From NCBI RefSeq assembly GCF_000143415.4, contig NW_003314270.1:186001-250000 (forward strand): DNA of 64,000 bases, given 5' to 3'. The DNA is from Selaginella moellendorffii (taxonomy: Eukaryota > Plantae > Lycopodiophyta). A model generated the notes under the pieces. That model worked only from the letters and a program-made list of their open reading frames with translations. It was not told the DNA's origin and made no database searches. This document shows positions 11,866 to 24,934 of the stretch, piece by piece; positions within the stretch are counted from its first letter, which is position 1; each line of letters opens with the position of its first letter. Position numbers and translations under genes: made by a program.

Positions 11866-12190
11866 AGAAGAAGAAAATTAGACAACTAATCATTTAAAGT
11901 TTCTTGCAGTTACCACGGTTTCTTGCGGATCTGAAACTTGTTCACTTATCTGTATCTGTTCTTGAACGACTTTGTGCGTTACACACCTCAAATGCTTGCT
12001 GATCCATGCTTTCATTCTCAAAGATGCCTCAAGAGAAAATATGGCGGTGTGGGACGATTTTATAATGATACGCACTTTTTGTTTATGTGAACCAAGAAAA
12101 CGATATATTAAGGCAACATAACAATAATAATAACACTTTGACTCTATACTTATCGCCTCATTTGGGTATTAAAGCTAGCAAGCACAAGAA

Positions 12191-13471
12191 ATGCAAATGG
12201 ATTTCCAGGCATTTTTCTTGATCTTGGCCACATTGTCGCTAGATTATTTGGTTGCGACTGCATCAGTCCCAGCTTTGTTTGCGTTTGGGGACTCCCTTGT
12301 GGATGCAGGCGACAATGAACACCTCAACACTCAAGCAAGGGCGAATCACCCTCCTTATGGCATTGATTTTGAGAATCACCAGGCAACTGGAAGGTTTAGT
12401 AATGGTCGCCTTGTTGTTGATTTGATTGGTAAGTTGAGATAAAAATATTTCTTTCTAATCTACATATATACAATGGCTTTTCCTTGATGGCACAGCATCT
12501 TACCTTGGCCTTCCATATCCACCTGCATACTATGGCACAAAGAACTTCCAACAAGGTGCCAACTTTGGGTCAACTAGCTCTGGAGTTCTTCCCAACACTC
12601 ACACGGTTAGAGCTCGAATCTTCTAAATCTTCGAGCTTTGATGTAATTAATCCTCTGATCTAAATGCTGTAGCAAGGTGCCCAGACACTTCCCCAGCAAG
12701 TTGATGACTTCCAATCCATGGCCTCTCAGCTCCAACAGCAGCTTGGATCAAACGAGTCGTCCAGCCTTGTTTCCCAATCCATCTTCTATATATGCATTGG
12801 AAACAACGACGTCAACGATGAGTTTGAGCAGCGTAAGAATCTCAGCACTGATTTCCTGCAAAGCGTCTTGGACGGTGTCATGGAACAAATGCATGTAAGT
12901 GTCGTTTTGATCTTCATGGGTAACTTTGCGATGATGATCATGATTATTGCAGAGGCTCTACGAGATGGGAGCTCGCAAGTTCGTCGTGGTTGGGTTGAGC
13001 GCCGTGGGATGCATTCCCCTCAATGTGCAGCGGGATGGGAGCTGCGCTCCAGTCGCTCAGGCCGCGGCGTCATCCTACAATACAATGCTCCGCTCGGCCC
13101 TGGACGAGATGTCGAGCACCCACCAAGGTATCCATATCGTGCTCACCAATTTCTACGATCTCATGGTGGACACCAACACCAATCCCCAGCAATTTGGTAA
13201 GAAAAAGATTGATGAGTCATAATTCTCATCCTCATGGCCTCTTGATCAACACAAAGGTTTTGAGGAATCGACGCGGGCTTGCTGCGAGATGGGCTCTAGA
13301 GTACTGAATTGCAACGATGGAGTGAACATCTGCCCAGACCGATCCAAATACGCCTTCTGGGATGGCGTCCACCAGACCGAGGCCTTCAATAAGATCGCTG
13401 CGGCAAGGTGGTGGAATGGAACTTCCAGTGACGTTCACCCCTTCAGCATTAGCGAGCTCGCAGCGCTGTAA
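12191..13471 (+). CDS. GDSL esterase/lipase (5 exons)
   Basis: Signal peptide, FAFGDSLVDAG, PPYGIDF, TGRFSNG, GANFG, IGNND, LYEMGARKF, FWDGVHQTE (DxxH). Confidence 0.95.
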
Positions 13472-14434
13472 TATAATGTATTTACAAGCGGTTTTTTCAA
13501 GGTATTGTCAAATGAGCAAGAAAGCCCCCACCAAGCGTCATCTTTGCTGAATGAAGCTACAGGATCAAAAAAAGCTAGCAGCTCGTCATAACATCAGTCG
13601 CTTGATTTTTTTTCCAATCCCTCTGGTGGAGGACTTTCGAAGCGGCAGCTTGTTCTCTCCTTGTTGGCCCAGAGACAAGAATTTCTTTTGAAAATGTAGG
13701 ATTCATCTGCTCTACACTAGGGAATTTTTTCTCCTTGTGCTTTGAATCTTCATGATCCATAGTCTTCTTTCTACAAATGTTGATACTGATGTTGATGTCG
13801 TTGTTATTGTGCTTTCTTTAGTTGGAGGAGAAGTGGAGACTTTCGCACGGTGTACGTTGCTTATAAGGAGCCAGAGAGAAACGTAGAATTGGAGGTGTTT
13901 ATCGTGGTCACGGGTCGGGAACTTTCTTATCTCATCCTCTCTTTTTTGTGCGTTTTTCGTCTTTATATTAATCACAAGCTCCGGGTTTGAGATCTTTTAT
14001 AATCATGTCAGTATTATCAACATGGTTTAAATCCTTTTGTGCCCAACCTTTTGAGCAGCGCTTTGCACCATTTGCAGATTGGCGTGACGGGCGGAGGAGA
14101 GTGATGATTCCAGACGGAACTTACAGCTTTGTGGATTTATTTGAGTACCACGAATTGTGAAGAAGATTCTCTGCGCGTCCGCTGAAGTGACTCTATATGT
14201 ACTAGAAATAGTTTCTATGGCATTACAGAAAATTGTTGTGAGCTGCATGATCCGAACGTACTGCAGGAGCTACACATATAGTGCTGACCTCTACACTTCA
14301 AATGGCGAATAGACACACTCCCAAGCTTATAGAAACTTATGTATGTTCAGTGTCACAGGCTGTTCGATATCACATAGGCTAACAAAGTTCTCTCCACAGA
14401 AAGATCGCTCTGATTTCCTTAGCTGTGCATACCT

Positions 14435-15046
14435 TTAGTCTTCGAATGGCGAATCAAGCAGCTCCCAAGCTTGATCAAGCAAGGCCCTGCTACGCTTGTA
14501 CGACTGGAAGAAGTCCCCAAACCCAGAGCGAGTCATCTTCCTCTGCGGAACCATAAAGTCGCCTTCACTATAGAGGTCGAGCAGGTGAGACAAAAACATC
14601 AACACGGCCTCCAGGTGCTTCTCATACAGCGGCTTCCTATCGTCCCTGGCTACCACTGCTGTTCCCACACCATCCTGGTACTCCAGCGGTGCAAAGCCAG
14701 AGTCCGGCTGAATCATGAGATAGGTGATGCCCTGGTTCTCGTACAGTCCGCGCAGAGGGTGGCCGAGCGGGTTGGGCAGCGGGTCCACCTGGAACACTCG
14801 CAACGGCAGCTTGATCAGCTTGGACACCGGCGAAACGGGCGCGGAGGAGAAGATGGGGTGGCTGGTATTCAGCACCACCGCCTCACTGGACACCAAACCA
14901 GGGCCACGCTTGCAGAAGACGCGCACACACTGGATCATCTCACCCTCACCTGATGTTGTTGAGTACGGCAGCGTTGGTGGTGCCTCGTGCGTCCTTGCCT
15001 CGTCGTCATCAGACGAGCTGGTGTCGATCCGATCCCACTTGCTGTA
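14435..15046 (-). CDS. Uncharacterised protein (NQxxTYLMI...GFAP...VVARxDxKPL motif), 5' end apparently truncated
   Basis: GC-rich 167-aa ORF. The frame stays open upstream (YSKWDRIDTSSSDDDEA...) until it runs abruptly into AT-rich repeat DNA at ~15047. Confidence 0.65.
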   Translation of the reverse strand, partial: YSKWDRIDTSSSDDDEARTHEAPPTLPYSTTSGEGEMIQCVRVFCKRGPGLVSSEAVVLNTSHPIFSSAPVSPVSKLIKLPLRVFQVDPLPNPLGHPLRGLYENQGITYLMIQPDSGFAPLEYQDGVGTAVVARDDRKPLYEKHLEAVLMFLSHLLDLYSEGDFMVPQRKMTRSGFGDFFQSYKRSRALLDQAWELLDSPFED

Positions 15047-15290
15047 ACAAATATTATCAACATTAATAGAAAATAAATTTTACTAAATCTATAACTTTAC
15101 TAGTGCGTGTAGAGTAAGTGTATAAAAAAGCTGCCTTGTGAATTTGGCCACCAATGTGGGGAAAAAAATCATTTAAAGTAAAGGTTTTTTATACCCCATG
15201 AAGAAACTTTGACAATATAGTCACTTATCTAATAATATAAACCACTTGGTAAAGTTTTTCTTATCCAAATAAAATTATACATATTATCTT

Positions 15291-15480
15291 ATTTTGCCAT
15301 CTTAAGTACAGTTGCCTTTTTAATAAGTGTATTTCCCCCAAAAGTTGCCATCACAAATTACTCTCCCTCAATTTTATTATCTTAAAAAATTGAGGGAGAG
15401 TAATTTGTGATGGCAACTTTCAGGGGAAATACACTTATTAAAAAGGCAACTGTACTCAAGGTGGGTGGCTTGGCAAAATT
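15291..15480. repeat. Long near-perfect inverted repeat (foldback/MITE-like)
   Basis: 15301-15375 is the reverse complement of 15386-15460 with a few mismatches and a ~10-nt loop. The outer attttgcca/tggcaaaat pair also matches. Confidence 0.9.
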
Positions 15481-18268
15481 TAGAAGCATATAAAATATAT
15501 AAAAAAAGACATATGTATGTGTGACTCATAAAATAATATTTTGAACACAGCTTTTTTGAACATAACTTGCATTGGTGCCTACTATGTATGCATCACAAAG
15601 TCTAAATTAACACTAAATATGCATTTTTTTGTGTTCTAAAAATTTCAACTCCACATCAAATATCATTAAGGTTTAGACTTAAGGCTTTTAAGAGTAATAT
15701 TCTCTAGCACATAAGCTAGAGTTTGACTGCTTTTTGGATGTTACAAGCCAATTTGCCATTGTTAAGGTTGTTTCTTGGCTAATGATAATAAAAAATGTTT
15801 TGCATAATAAACTTAAACACAACAAATCATTACAATGTTAAAAACTTCAAGCTAATGCCTTATTATGGCTATAACAAAATCCATTAGCTTGCAAACAACC
15901 CATTGCACTCAACACTCCAAGCACTCAAGAAATATTTTACCTCCACCACTATGCTTCAATTAATCAAGTATGGAGCCTAACTTTAATCAATTAAGCTTGC
16001 CACCACACTCTAATTGATCGTGATTAGGGCAATGTGTTGCAAAGAAGCTACAAGATATAAGAGGTGAGATCAATTAAAGCACTGTATTTACATTAGGGCA
16101 TATTGCAATCGATATACACCTCTAGGCCATAAGAAATGAGCCATAACCATGAAAGATGAAAGGAAAGAGATGATCACAATCAACAAATCACAAATCTACA
16201 CTTATAAGAATGAAGAAAAATATTGTTGGCTAAATTTGTGGTGACATCCCATTATTTAGGATGATATGACATTAGCTTTATATAGAAGCCTAAGGTCTCA
16301 TACCCCATGCATATATAGCATACCCCATAATAGAAATATTATGTGAGTGCATGGAATATGAATACAAAAATGTATATATTAATTAACCCAAAAATGTGTA
16401 TATTAATTAACCTAATATGTTTATGTGTATATAAATATATTAATTAATATGTTTATATTAATTAAACATATATATAGAAGCAAGTGGTTTAAATTGAAAC
16501 CAATCTAATGGCTATCAAAATCCCACTATATTAATTAATATACAGCATTAGAGCCATATACTTAGACTTCAAATCATCCCTCCTCTTGGAAAGATGGAAA
16601 GTAATTAGGGTTTTTTGGTTGATAAGTCGGGATTTAAAAGAATATCAAGAGGAGGCATTTAATGGATCCATAGGTGGTGTCAGTTGTTTTTAATCCCTTT
16701 TGACAAAGTATTTTAATTGCTACACATACACAATTTCTAGAGGATTGGCTTACTGAATGTCATGCTGAACCTCATAAACTTGTGGTTTAACTTGTTACAA
16801 CACCTAATATGATCCCTTCCACTGAGCAAGAAGCCCTTTCAACAAACCATATACTATAAGATTGAGAAAGTAAACTAATGCCAAGTTATCTACTTTATAT
16901 TTCACAAGTAGATGATGATGGGAGTTGTAGTGCTATTGTTATCTCACTTATACATAGTGTTTAGTAGACACTACTTGGATAAGTGGAAGAATGCTCATTA
17001 AATAGAATCCCAATACCTAACATTGGCAACTTATAGTAATCATGAAGGTAAACTCAACTCTATTGTCAGTATCGGATCATGACCATATAAAAGTTTATTT
17101 GGTGAAGCATCAACAACACTCTGTACCTTTGTGATATAAGCATACTAAAGAGATGGCAAATAATTATCTCAATCCAAATGTTGAAAGTTCATATATTTCA
17201 TGATCATCCCTTTGAAGGTCCATATTAAGCTATATATTTGTGAATGATAAGTACTCGTGAAAATGTGGTGTATCCTCAATTAAGATATTAAAATGTGAAA
17301 TGCCTTATAGGATCATTATCTGCAAGGATCCACTTCAGACATAAATGTTAGAACACCACTTGATTGAGGAGGAAGTACTCAATACCAGTTGCTAAAAAGT
17401 CAAAGCAATTAATATTCTAGATATATATAAAAATGTTTTTGCTTAGTCTTTGCACTAGTAAGAGCACCAACTTCCATCTAACGAGTTAAATTGTTAGAGG
17501 CAATAATGATATACTCATTGCCAATCGTAAACCGTGGAAAAGGCCCCATCAAATATAACACCATTAACTCAAATGAATAGGAAATTACAATTAATTCCAA
17601 TTGTTCTTCCACAATACAAAGGAAAGTATTATAAGCTTGGCAAACACAACTACAAACATATCAAATAACATCATATCACATCTCTAATGAATAGAAAGTT
17701 CTATGTAGTTTCTTAGTGACATATTGATGTTCTATATACTAGCCTAGAATAAAAGAGTCATGATAAGTATGGAGAAAGCATGGAATAAATATTAAAGGCA
17801 CCACTAACTATAAATGACCATTAGGATCAATCTCAATAAAATAAAGAGTATTGTTCTCAAGGTGATATTGAGAATGTAAATACTGAAATAATAAATTATC
17901 ACCAAGTGATGCAAGATTTTCAAACCCCTCATGAAGCCTTCAAATCCATAGTTCAACTTTTTGAGCTTCATTAAAAGAAAGTAAATCTTGCTCCATAACT
18001 TATGGACATTGAACATCATATATAAAAATTGTCAATAGTATAGAATCCTTATTCAAAAAAACCACTAATGCTGAAACAACAGACTCATCAAGAGTAGAAG
18101 AAGAAAATGAAAAAGGAAAAAGAGCTTAAGAAAAGGCATTAGCATTAACTATCCTTGAGCAATAAACAACCTTGAAATTATATACTTGAAGCTTTAGGAT
18201 CCACCAAGTAGTACGACCAACTAAGTTATTTTGCTTTAATAACAAAATAATTGCAACATAATCACCTT

Positions 18269-18863
18269 TGTAAGCAACCAAAGGGAACGATTTGAAAGAC
18301 GATTTATAAAAGTTTGAACAAAAGTACACCTTTTTTTTCCAATTGGCTAAGGGTATTATGATATTTAGGGTTAAGCATCTTCAGGTTTGAATAATATTGG
18401 GTTGGGTGACATTTCGGAAAGTTCAAATTTAGAAGTTGACCTTTGGTATTAAAAGAGTATTGTGTCTGATTCTATTGGTTGGTTAAGGAAAAATTACACC
18501 ACATATTGAGATTGACATTTGATAGGTTCGATTTGTTCCAACTAGGCTCGACCTAAAGGGTAGAGTGTCAAGAGAGTTGTGGCTCTTAACTTCAATTCAT
18601 GAGGGTGTGAACTTACAGGGAAATATGGTGAATTGTAAGCAATCAAAGAAAACAATTCGAGAGACAATCCATAAGAGTTCAAATATAAAGAGAAAAGGCC
18701 CATAAACAAAAGCACCCCCTTTCTAATCGGTTAAAGGTCTTAGAATATTTATCCTTGGGTTCAATTAATTAAGGATATTAGAATATTTAAGGTTAAACAT
18801 CTTTGGGTTTGAATAATATTTGGTTGGATGGCCTTCCGAAAAGTCTAAACTTAGGAATTCACA
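18269..18863 (+). mobile_element. TRIM (miniature non-autonomous LTR retroelement) nested in the Gypsy RNase H
   Basis: LTRs at 18269-~18441 and 18634-18863, both starting TGTAAGCAA; the second ends CACA. PBS-like TGGTATTAAAAGAG at 18444; purine-rich tract before LTR2; 5-bp TSD ACCTT (18264-18268)/ATCTT (18864-18868). Confidence 0.8.
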
Positions 18864-19909
18864 ATCTTTTAATAATGTTCGAAAACCATATAAATATGCA
18901 TAAAGCTTCTCAATGGTGAACACTCCTCTATTATAGAGTAGTTCACTTTTGTTGATTGTAATGTATGGTTGATATATACAATGGGATAATATTAACCAAA
19001 TACACTCAGGCTTTTTTGCATCAATACACCTGCAAGACTGATATCAAATGCATCCATGTGTAAAATGAAAGGTCAAGTGCAGTTAGGATATGTTAAAACT
19101 AAAAGAGTCATCAACGGCTCTTTAAAATCCATAAATGCTTATTCATAATCCACAGACTAGATGAAAGACAATGTTGAGGACTTCAACAATATTCACCATG
19201 GTGCAGTATAATTAAAACAATGATTAACCAAATGATCAAGATATTACACCTTGCCTAAAAAGTGTTACACATCATTCACACACTTTGGATTAAGGAACTT
19301 TAGAATAGCTACAAGTTTGTCAAAATCAACTTACAAACCTTTACAAAAAATATAATACCCAAGATAAATTATATTTTTGGACCACACACTTTGACCGCTT
19401 TAGTTTTAAACAAACTTCCCATAGCCAATTCAACACTTTATGAACACCACTCTCTAGGTGGATTAAAACATCATCAATGAAGTCAATAGTCATTTATGAT
19501 ATATTGCAAAGTATTTTATTCATCATTAGCTAAAAAGTCACTAGAGCATTATTCAAACTTAATAGCATCACTAAGAATTTGTACAAACCAAATGATATAT
19601 GAAAAGTAGTCTTAAGAACATTTTCTTTGGCTATTAGCATTTGTTAGTACTCAAAAATAAAATCTAACTTAGTGAACCAATGACTTTTCCCTAGACAATC
19701 TAGAAGATTAGCTATGTGAAGAAGAAGGTACATATATAAAATAGTCACTTTATTTAATGGATGATAGTCAATGTAGAATCAAATACTTATCATAAAATAA
19801 GGTTTATATGTTTAAGGATTTTGAGACTTTCAAATAACACCCTTCTTTAACATCTTCTTGATATTTGTGCATAAAATCTTGATTTCTTTTGGTCGTTGAT
19901 GCTGCACGT

Positions 19910-20073
19910 AAACCTTGATTGGACAAATATAAGGATAATTAACTTTAAGTATCTCAAAACCCTTAAATAATTGGAAAAGGGGGTGCACTTTTGTTTATAG
20001 GCCCTTTCCCTTTATATTTGAACATTTATAAATTGTCTTTCAAATCATTTTTTTTTTTTTTTTGTTGCTTACA
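19910..20073 (-). mobile_element. Solo/partial LTR of the same TRIM family
   Basis: The reverse complement reads TGTAAGCAAC...gttcaaatataaagggaaaagggcctataaacaaaagtgcaccccc, matching 18634-18730. The lower boundary is approximate. Confidence 0.7.
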
Positions 20074-23000
20074 TCCTTCTTGAGTCTATCCACCATTACG
20101 ACACAAAGACCATCGAAAAGATCTAGAGAGGAAATAACAAAGTAAGATGAAAATATAGTAAAAAGTAATGGAGAAACAAAAGTCATGGAAGTAAAGGTAG
20201 AAGTGGAAGGATGAAAGAAAATAAAAGTGGGAGGAATAGAAGAAATATAAAAAAGTATGAAATGAAGTGAAAAAGCTTTAAAATCACACTTGGCATGATT
20301 GGGCCGTAACCAATTTATACCAAAGATGAGGTCAAAAGCTTAACTCAATACCACTCCCAACATTTAAAGTTTAAACTCGAGATCTTTCACATGCACAATT
20401 AAGTCCACATTATCTCACACATATGTATGTGTATGACCATTGTTATATAGAATGAAGATTAGCTCTATTGTATGACACAACTGTAGATGACAATATACAA
20501 CAATAGGTTGAGCAATAAAAAATAAACTCAAATATTTATTAACTAATCTGGAGAGAATAATAAAAGACCTCTTATTATAAAATAAGTTTGACAAGTAAAC
20601 ATTGGATGAACCGGTGCCCCACCCCTTTATAATATTCTTGAAAAAAAAATAGAAGGGTCACTAACTTATTTGCACAAGGACCTTTCACTAATTACACAAG
20701 TCTTCATTTCTCAGAAGAATCTTTGTATCAAGACCTTCCATGGCAACAACATCAACAAGACATCATTAACATTAAGGCCTCCACCCAAGAAATGAAGGAT
20801 GCCAATCCAGAAAATGTCAATAATGCTAATATATGTGGCCAACTTCATCACAAGCCTAACAATAGACATTGTTACTACGACTATATCCTTGTCCTTGTCC
20901 TTGAATACAAGCATCAATAGCATCAACCTCCATTAAAATAAGATTATTTCTCACAAGAAGTGGATCTGAAATATGTATAACAAGAAGTGGAAGAAGTAAT
21001 GTCTTATAACGTTGTATCAGTCAAAAAGCATTATCAAAGATGGTTGGAGCAAATGCATACTGAAGTCCTATAAAATTTTGACGAAATGTAGGCCATAATA
21101 TTCCCATAAATAAGGTATATTCTTACTTATGTTTATTTAAAATATAGTCATTTTTGCTATTGGGAAGGACTTAATCTACTCCAACATATTTGGCTCCACA
21201 CGAAGCAAAAGGCTCTAAAAGTAAATATCAAATTGCATCACTAACTCAGATGGCCCTTAATGAAAATGATGCAATTGTTAAAAGGCATCATCACAATTGT
21301 TAGTATATCCAAATGTATGCTTGAAGATATTCGGGAGAATACTCTAATCCATATAAATGGTTAAGTTTAAACCTTTATACCACTGCAATGCCATCCTTTA
21401 GAGACACATAGGAAACTTATATAAGCACTAAACATCATCCCAAGAATGATAAGTAGTAATCATTATAAAGTGATAAAACTAATGGTATATATCATCTTTA
21501 AGATTCCTAGAAAAGAACTTTAGTTGGACATAAGGATTGGCAACAAAAATAAAAGAAGCTATACCACCGTGAATGCCATTATCAACTAAGTCTAATTGTT
21601 CAATTACAGCCTCATAACATTTAATAACTACACTAATTGCTACTCTAGAGTCAAAGGAGGAGGAGGTTATTACTTTGCCATGAAGATGAATGAAAAGAAA
21701 AAAATAATTGAAAAGAAATTGAAAAAGTTACAAGAAAAGTAAAATTTAGATAGTGCAAAAGCTAAATCTAAACTAAAATCCCAAATCCAAACACTCTTTA
21801 GGGACAATTAAAATTGCCTCCCACCTCCACTAATGTGCATGCATGAAATATAGAAATGAAAAATGTATATATTAATTAGCCCAAAAAATCTAGTTTTATA
21901 TACATAAGTAAGAGGTTCGGATTGAAATTAATCTAACAGTTACCAAAATCTCACTATGTTAATATTAATATATGGCATTAGAGCCATATAGTTCCTTACA
22001 ACACATTTTAATTGCTTATATAGCAATTGAAAAGTGATTGTGTATATAATATTTTTGCATGCAACTCAAAATAAATAAATAAATCCACACATGTGTAAAT
22101 ATAATGACCATTGCCATAGTCTTTTCTTAGTGGGAATGGAATTGAGGGAGCAAGTAACACCATTTTTGATTCTTGCCCAAATGTGTATATTATATGTGTC
22201 AAATTTCCTTCTTCTCTCAAAACACCCCTAAACAATTATTAGTCGAGACAAAATCTTATCAAAATATTTCAGTAAGACAAGGTTAAATAAATTGTTATGC
22301 ATTGCATATAGCAATGCTTGGTTTTCTTAATAGTAGTGTTATTATTACTTATTAATCCAATTGATCAAATGAAGTTTATAATTATAAGCATGTTTTTAAT
22401 TTCTAATCACAATATTAATCTTATTACATATCAACCATTAAATGATAGAATAAAAAAGAATATACTAGAAATGGTTTAAGAAAGTTTATAAATTATAAAC
22501 ATAATGAATAAAAATCATTAGATGGTAGAATATCCTAGAATATCCAAGCATATTCTAGGTTTATCCACTACCATCTCCCTACAGGTTTGCTAAAGCAAAC
22601 CAAAAAATAACTCTTCAACATCCAACAACTGGATCTAATGGTTTAAAAAGTTTCTTGCAAAATATAAACCATAGCTGGGATGGATCATGATGTGACACAC
22701 TCAAGCATGCAAGCAAACATATCAAAGAGGTCTTTTTAGTTTGTGCTCCCTGATGCTACAAAATGCTGCAACATAAACTTGGACTAGTACTGGACACAAT
22801 TTGATCACATTTTTTCAGCTGTGTTAAGCAGTAAGTTCCTCTCAAAATACAGGCTAATCAAGTGTTCTGTCACAACACATTGAGAAGTGGAGGTGGATAT
22901 GGAATCTGAACTATTAAACTATAAATAATTTGACCAGCTATGATTGTAAAAGTCAACCAGGAACAGCTTGAAGATGTCAATTATGACATTCTGTAGTCTT

Positions 23001-23128
23001 CATTTTCAGGCGGTATGACTAACTTCGTGCACGCGAAAATTTAGAGAAGCAAGCATTTGCTGGGCTAGTCAATTGACCACGTGTTGCATTCGTGATAAAT
23101 TGATTGATGGGTCACAAAACCAGCAAGA

Positions 23129-23413
23129 ATGAGGAGATTTAGCATCACTTTCATTGTGGCGATGGTGATACTACTACATTTGCAGCTTCACTTCGTATGG
23201 CCTCTCTTTGGTAGTTCTTCCTCGGCCACTGCACCATTCACAATCAACAAGGGGATTGTGAGAAAGCTGCTGGAGGAAGCTCCTCCTCCAAATCCTAGTA
23301 AGTATTCGTTTGAAAATCTTTAGCTTTCTCTTTACCATCGCTGCAAATTTCCAGCCGAATTTGGAGAATTTCGACCGGGGAATCGTCAGCCACCCCTCTG
23401 CTGCAACCCATAA
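23129..23413 (+). CDS. Small secreted peptide precursor, copy 1 (75 aa; exons 23129-23297, 23355-23413)
   Basis: Signal-like MRRFSITFIVAMVILLHL; RKLL; phase-1 GT-AG intron; C-terminus TEFGEFRPGNRQPPLCCNP-stop. Confidence 0.8.
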
Positions 23414-24678
23414 AACGCGATTCGAAAAGCCCCATCCCATATCTCACAACGGGAAATGCTGACTTCACAAAGATAAAGAACTAAGAATCACAAAGATATC
23501 CTTAACATTTTTCTCTTGTATAAAACAATGGACAGCTCCGTACAGTCCGGAATAAATAGAAAGGTAGCATACTTCTGCAAAACTACTATGCTCTAGAATT
23601 ACCCGGTGGAGCTCGCGGCCAACTTCGGTGAGAGAATGGACAAGGCCAGCTGATTATTCTCTCGAATAATCAAGCATTGGGTGGCAATTTATCCATCGTG
23701 AGAATGAACAAGGTAGCCAAGGAGCTGCTCATGCAGATGGTGGCCAAGCATCCCGTGGTCACAAATGTGCGTTGCAGGGAATCTGAGCGCATGCAATGGC
23801 TGGGGCTTAACTAATACACAGGGACACTACAATGGCAGCTTGAATGGCATCCCCTGTTGTTGTTACGACTGGAAGTCCTGAACCATCTTTGACCAGAGCT
23901 GTAACGTTTTCTTTCGGTCTTGGAGTGGTGTTGGTGAGATTGTGTTCTTGAAAATATTTCTAATACTACTTGAACTATATGAACGACTACATACGAAACA
24001 CAGCAGGATCAAATTCTGTCCCGTGCAAGTTGTCATGTTCTCAGAGGAAAGTCCATGTTCATTTTGTACGAGTCATGTTTGATCTTCGAGCATACTTTAC
24101 ATGAATTAGAAATATATTTTGGGGTTAGAAGAAAACTTTGCGAACTGGTTTTGAATCTTGTGGCTGTGAGACTGCGGAAGAAGTCAAAGAGAAGCCAAGT
24201 AGAAAGTTGCAAATGTTTATCACCAGCAGTGTTGCAATTCTTGCTGATTGTGCGGCAACATGTGAACTCCTATCCCACATGATTGGTGGTAATCTTTTTT
24301 TTATTCTGTGTAAATTTGCCACAAGGAACAATCCTAGTTTGCCGAGTAGTACATATATTTATTCAAGTCATGTAAATTTTTGTGGAGGTGCAAAGTTACG
24401 TAATCAAGTCAGAACCGGGGCTTTTCCGAAGGCGAGCCTGGGGTGGTGGACCAAGACGAAAAAGACGCTCCAGATGCATGGGGTGAAGAACTTGAGTCCC
24501 GTGTCCGACTTGATCTTGACAAATCTTCAATCTCCGTTATCAGGCGGATAACCACGAGTTTAGATCTTTTTAAGAGCTTACCTTTTAACGAAGAAGCCAT
24601 TTGCCTAGTGGCCGCGTGTTGCATTGCAGCTTGTGATAAATGCATAGTGCTCGCAGAGATCTCACAAAACCAGAAAGG

Positions 24679-24934
24679 ATGAGAAGATTTCATAAGGCTT
24701 TTATCACGGCGATGGTGATACTACTACATTTGGAATGTCACTTCTCAGGTGGTACTCGCGTTCTTTTTAATAGTTCTTCATCAACAATCAACGAGCTTCA
24801 AAATGAGTGAGAGCTGTGGCAGTCTGAGGACGGGTATCTTAGTAAGTTTTCGAATAAAAATCTTTCGCTTTCTGATCTTGCTCAAGTTTCTAGCGGATGC
24901 TCAAGGATTGCCACCCTCCTGTTCCAACCTCTAA
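24679..24934 (+). pseudogene. Small secreted peptide precursor, copy 2 (nonsense mutation)
   Basis: MRRFHKAFITAMVILLHL...; in-frame TGA at 24808-24810; same intron position (24842-24893); shortened C-terminus TDAQGLPPSCSNL-stop. Confidence 0.75.

Larger units (their letters stand above)
16347..22000 (-). mobile_element. Degraded Ty3/Gypsy LTR retrotransposon
   Basis: Direct repeats at 16347-16571 and 21836-22000 start TGAAG/TGTAAG on the minus strand. A polypurine tract (aagaggagggatga) precedes the 3' LTR. Decayed pol remnants follow RT (~19.2-19.9 kb), RNase H (YLYG...; GRTTWWILKLQVYNFKVVY) and integrase order. Inner LTR boundaries are approximate. Confidence 0.8.

Noticed and set aside
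13575-14248. Short minus-strand ORFs
   Set aside because: No motifs and inconsistent frames.
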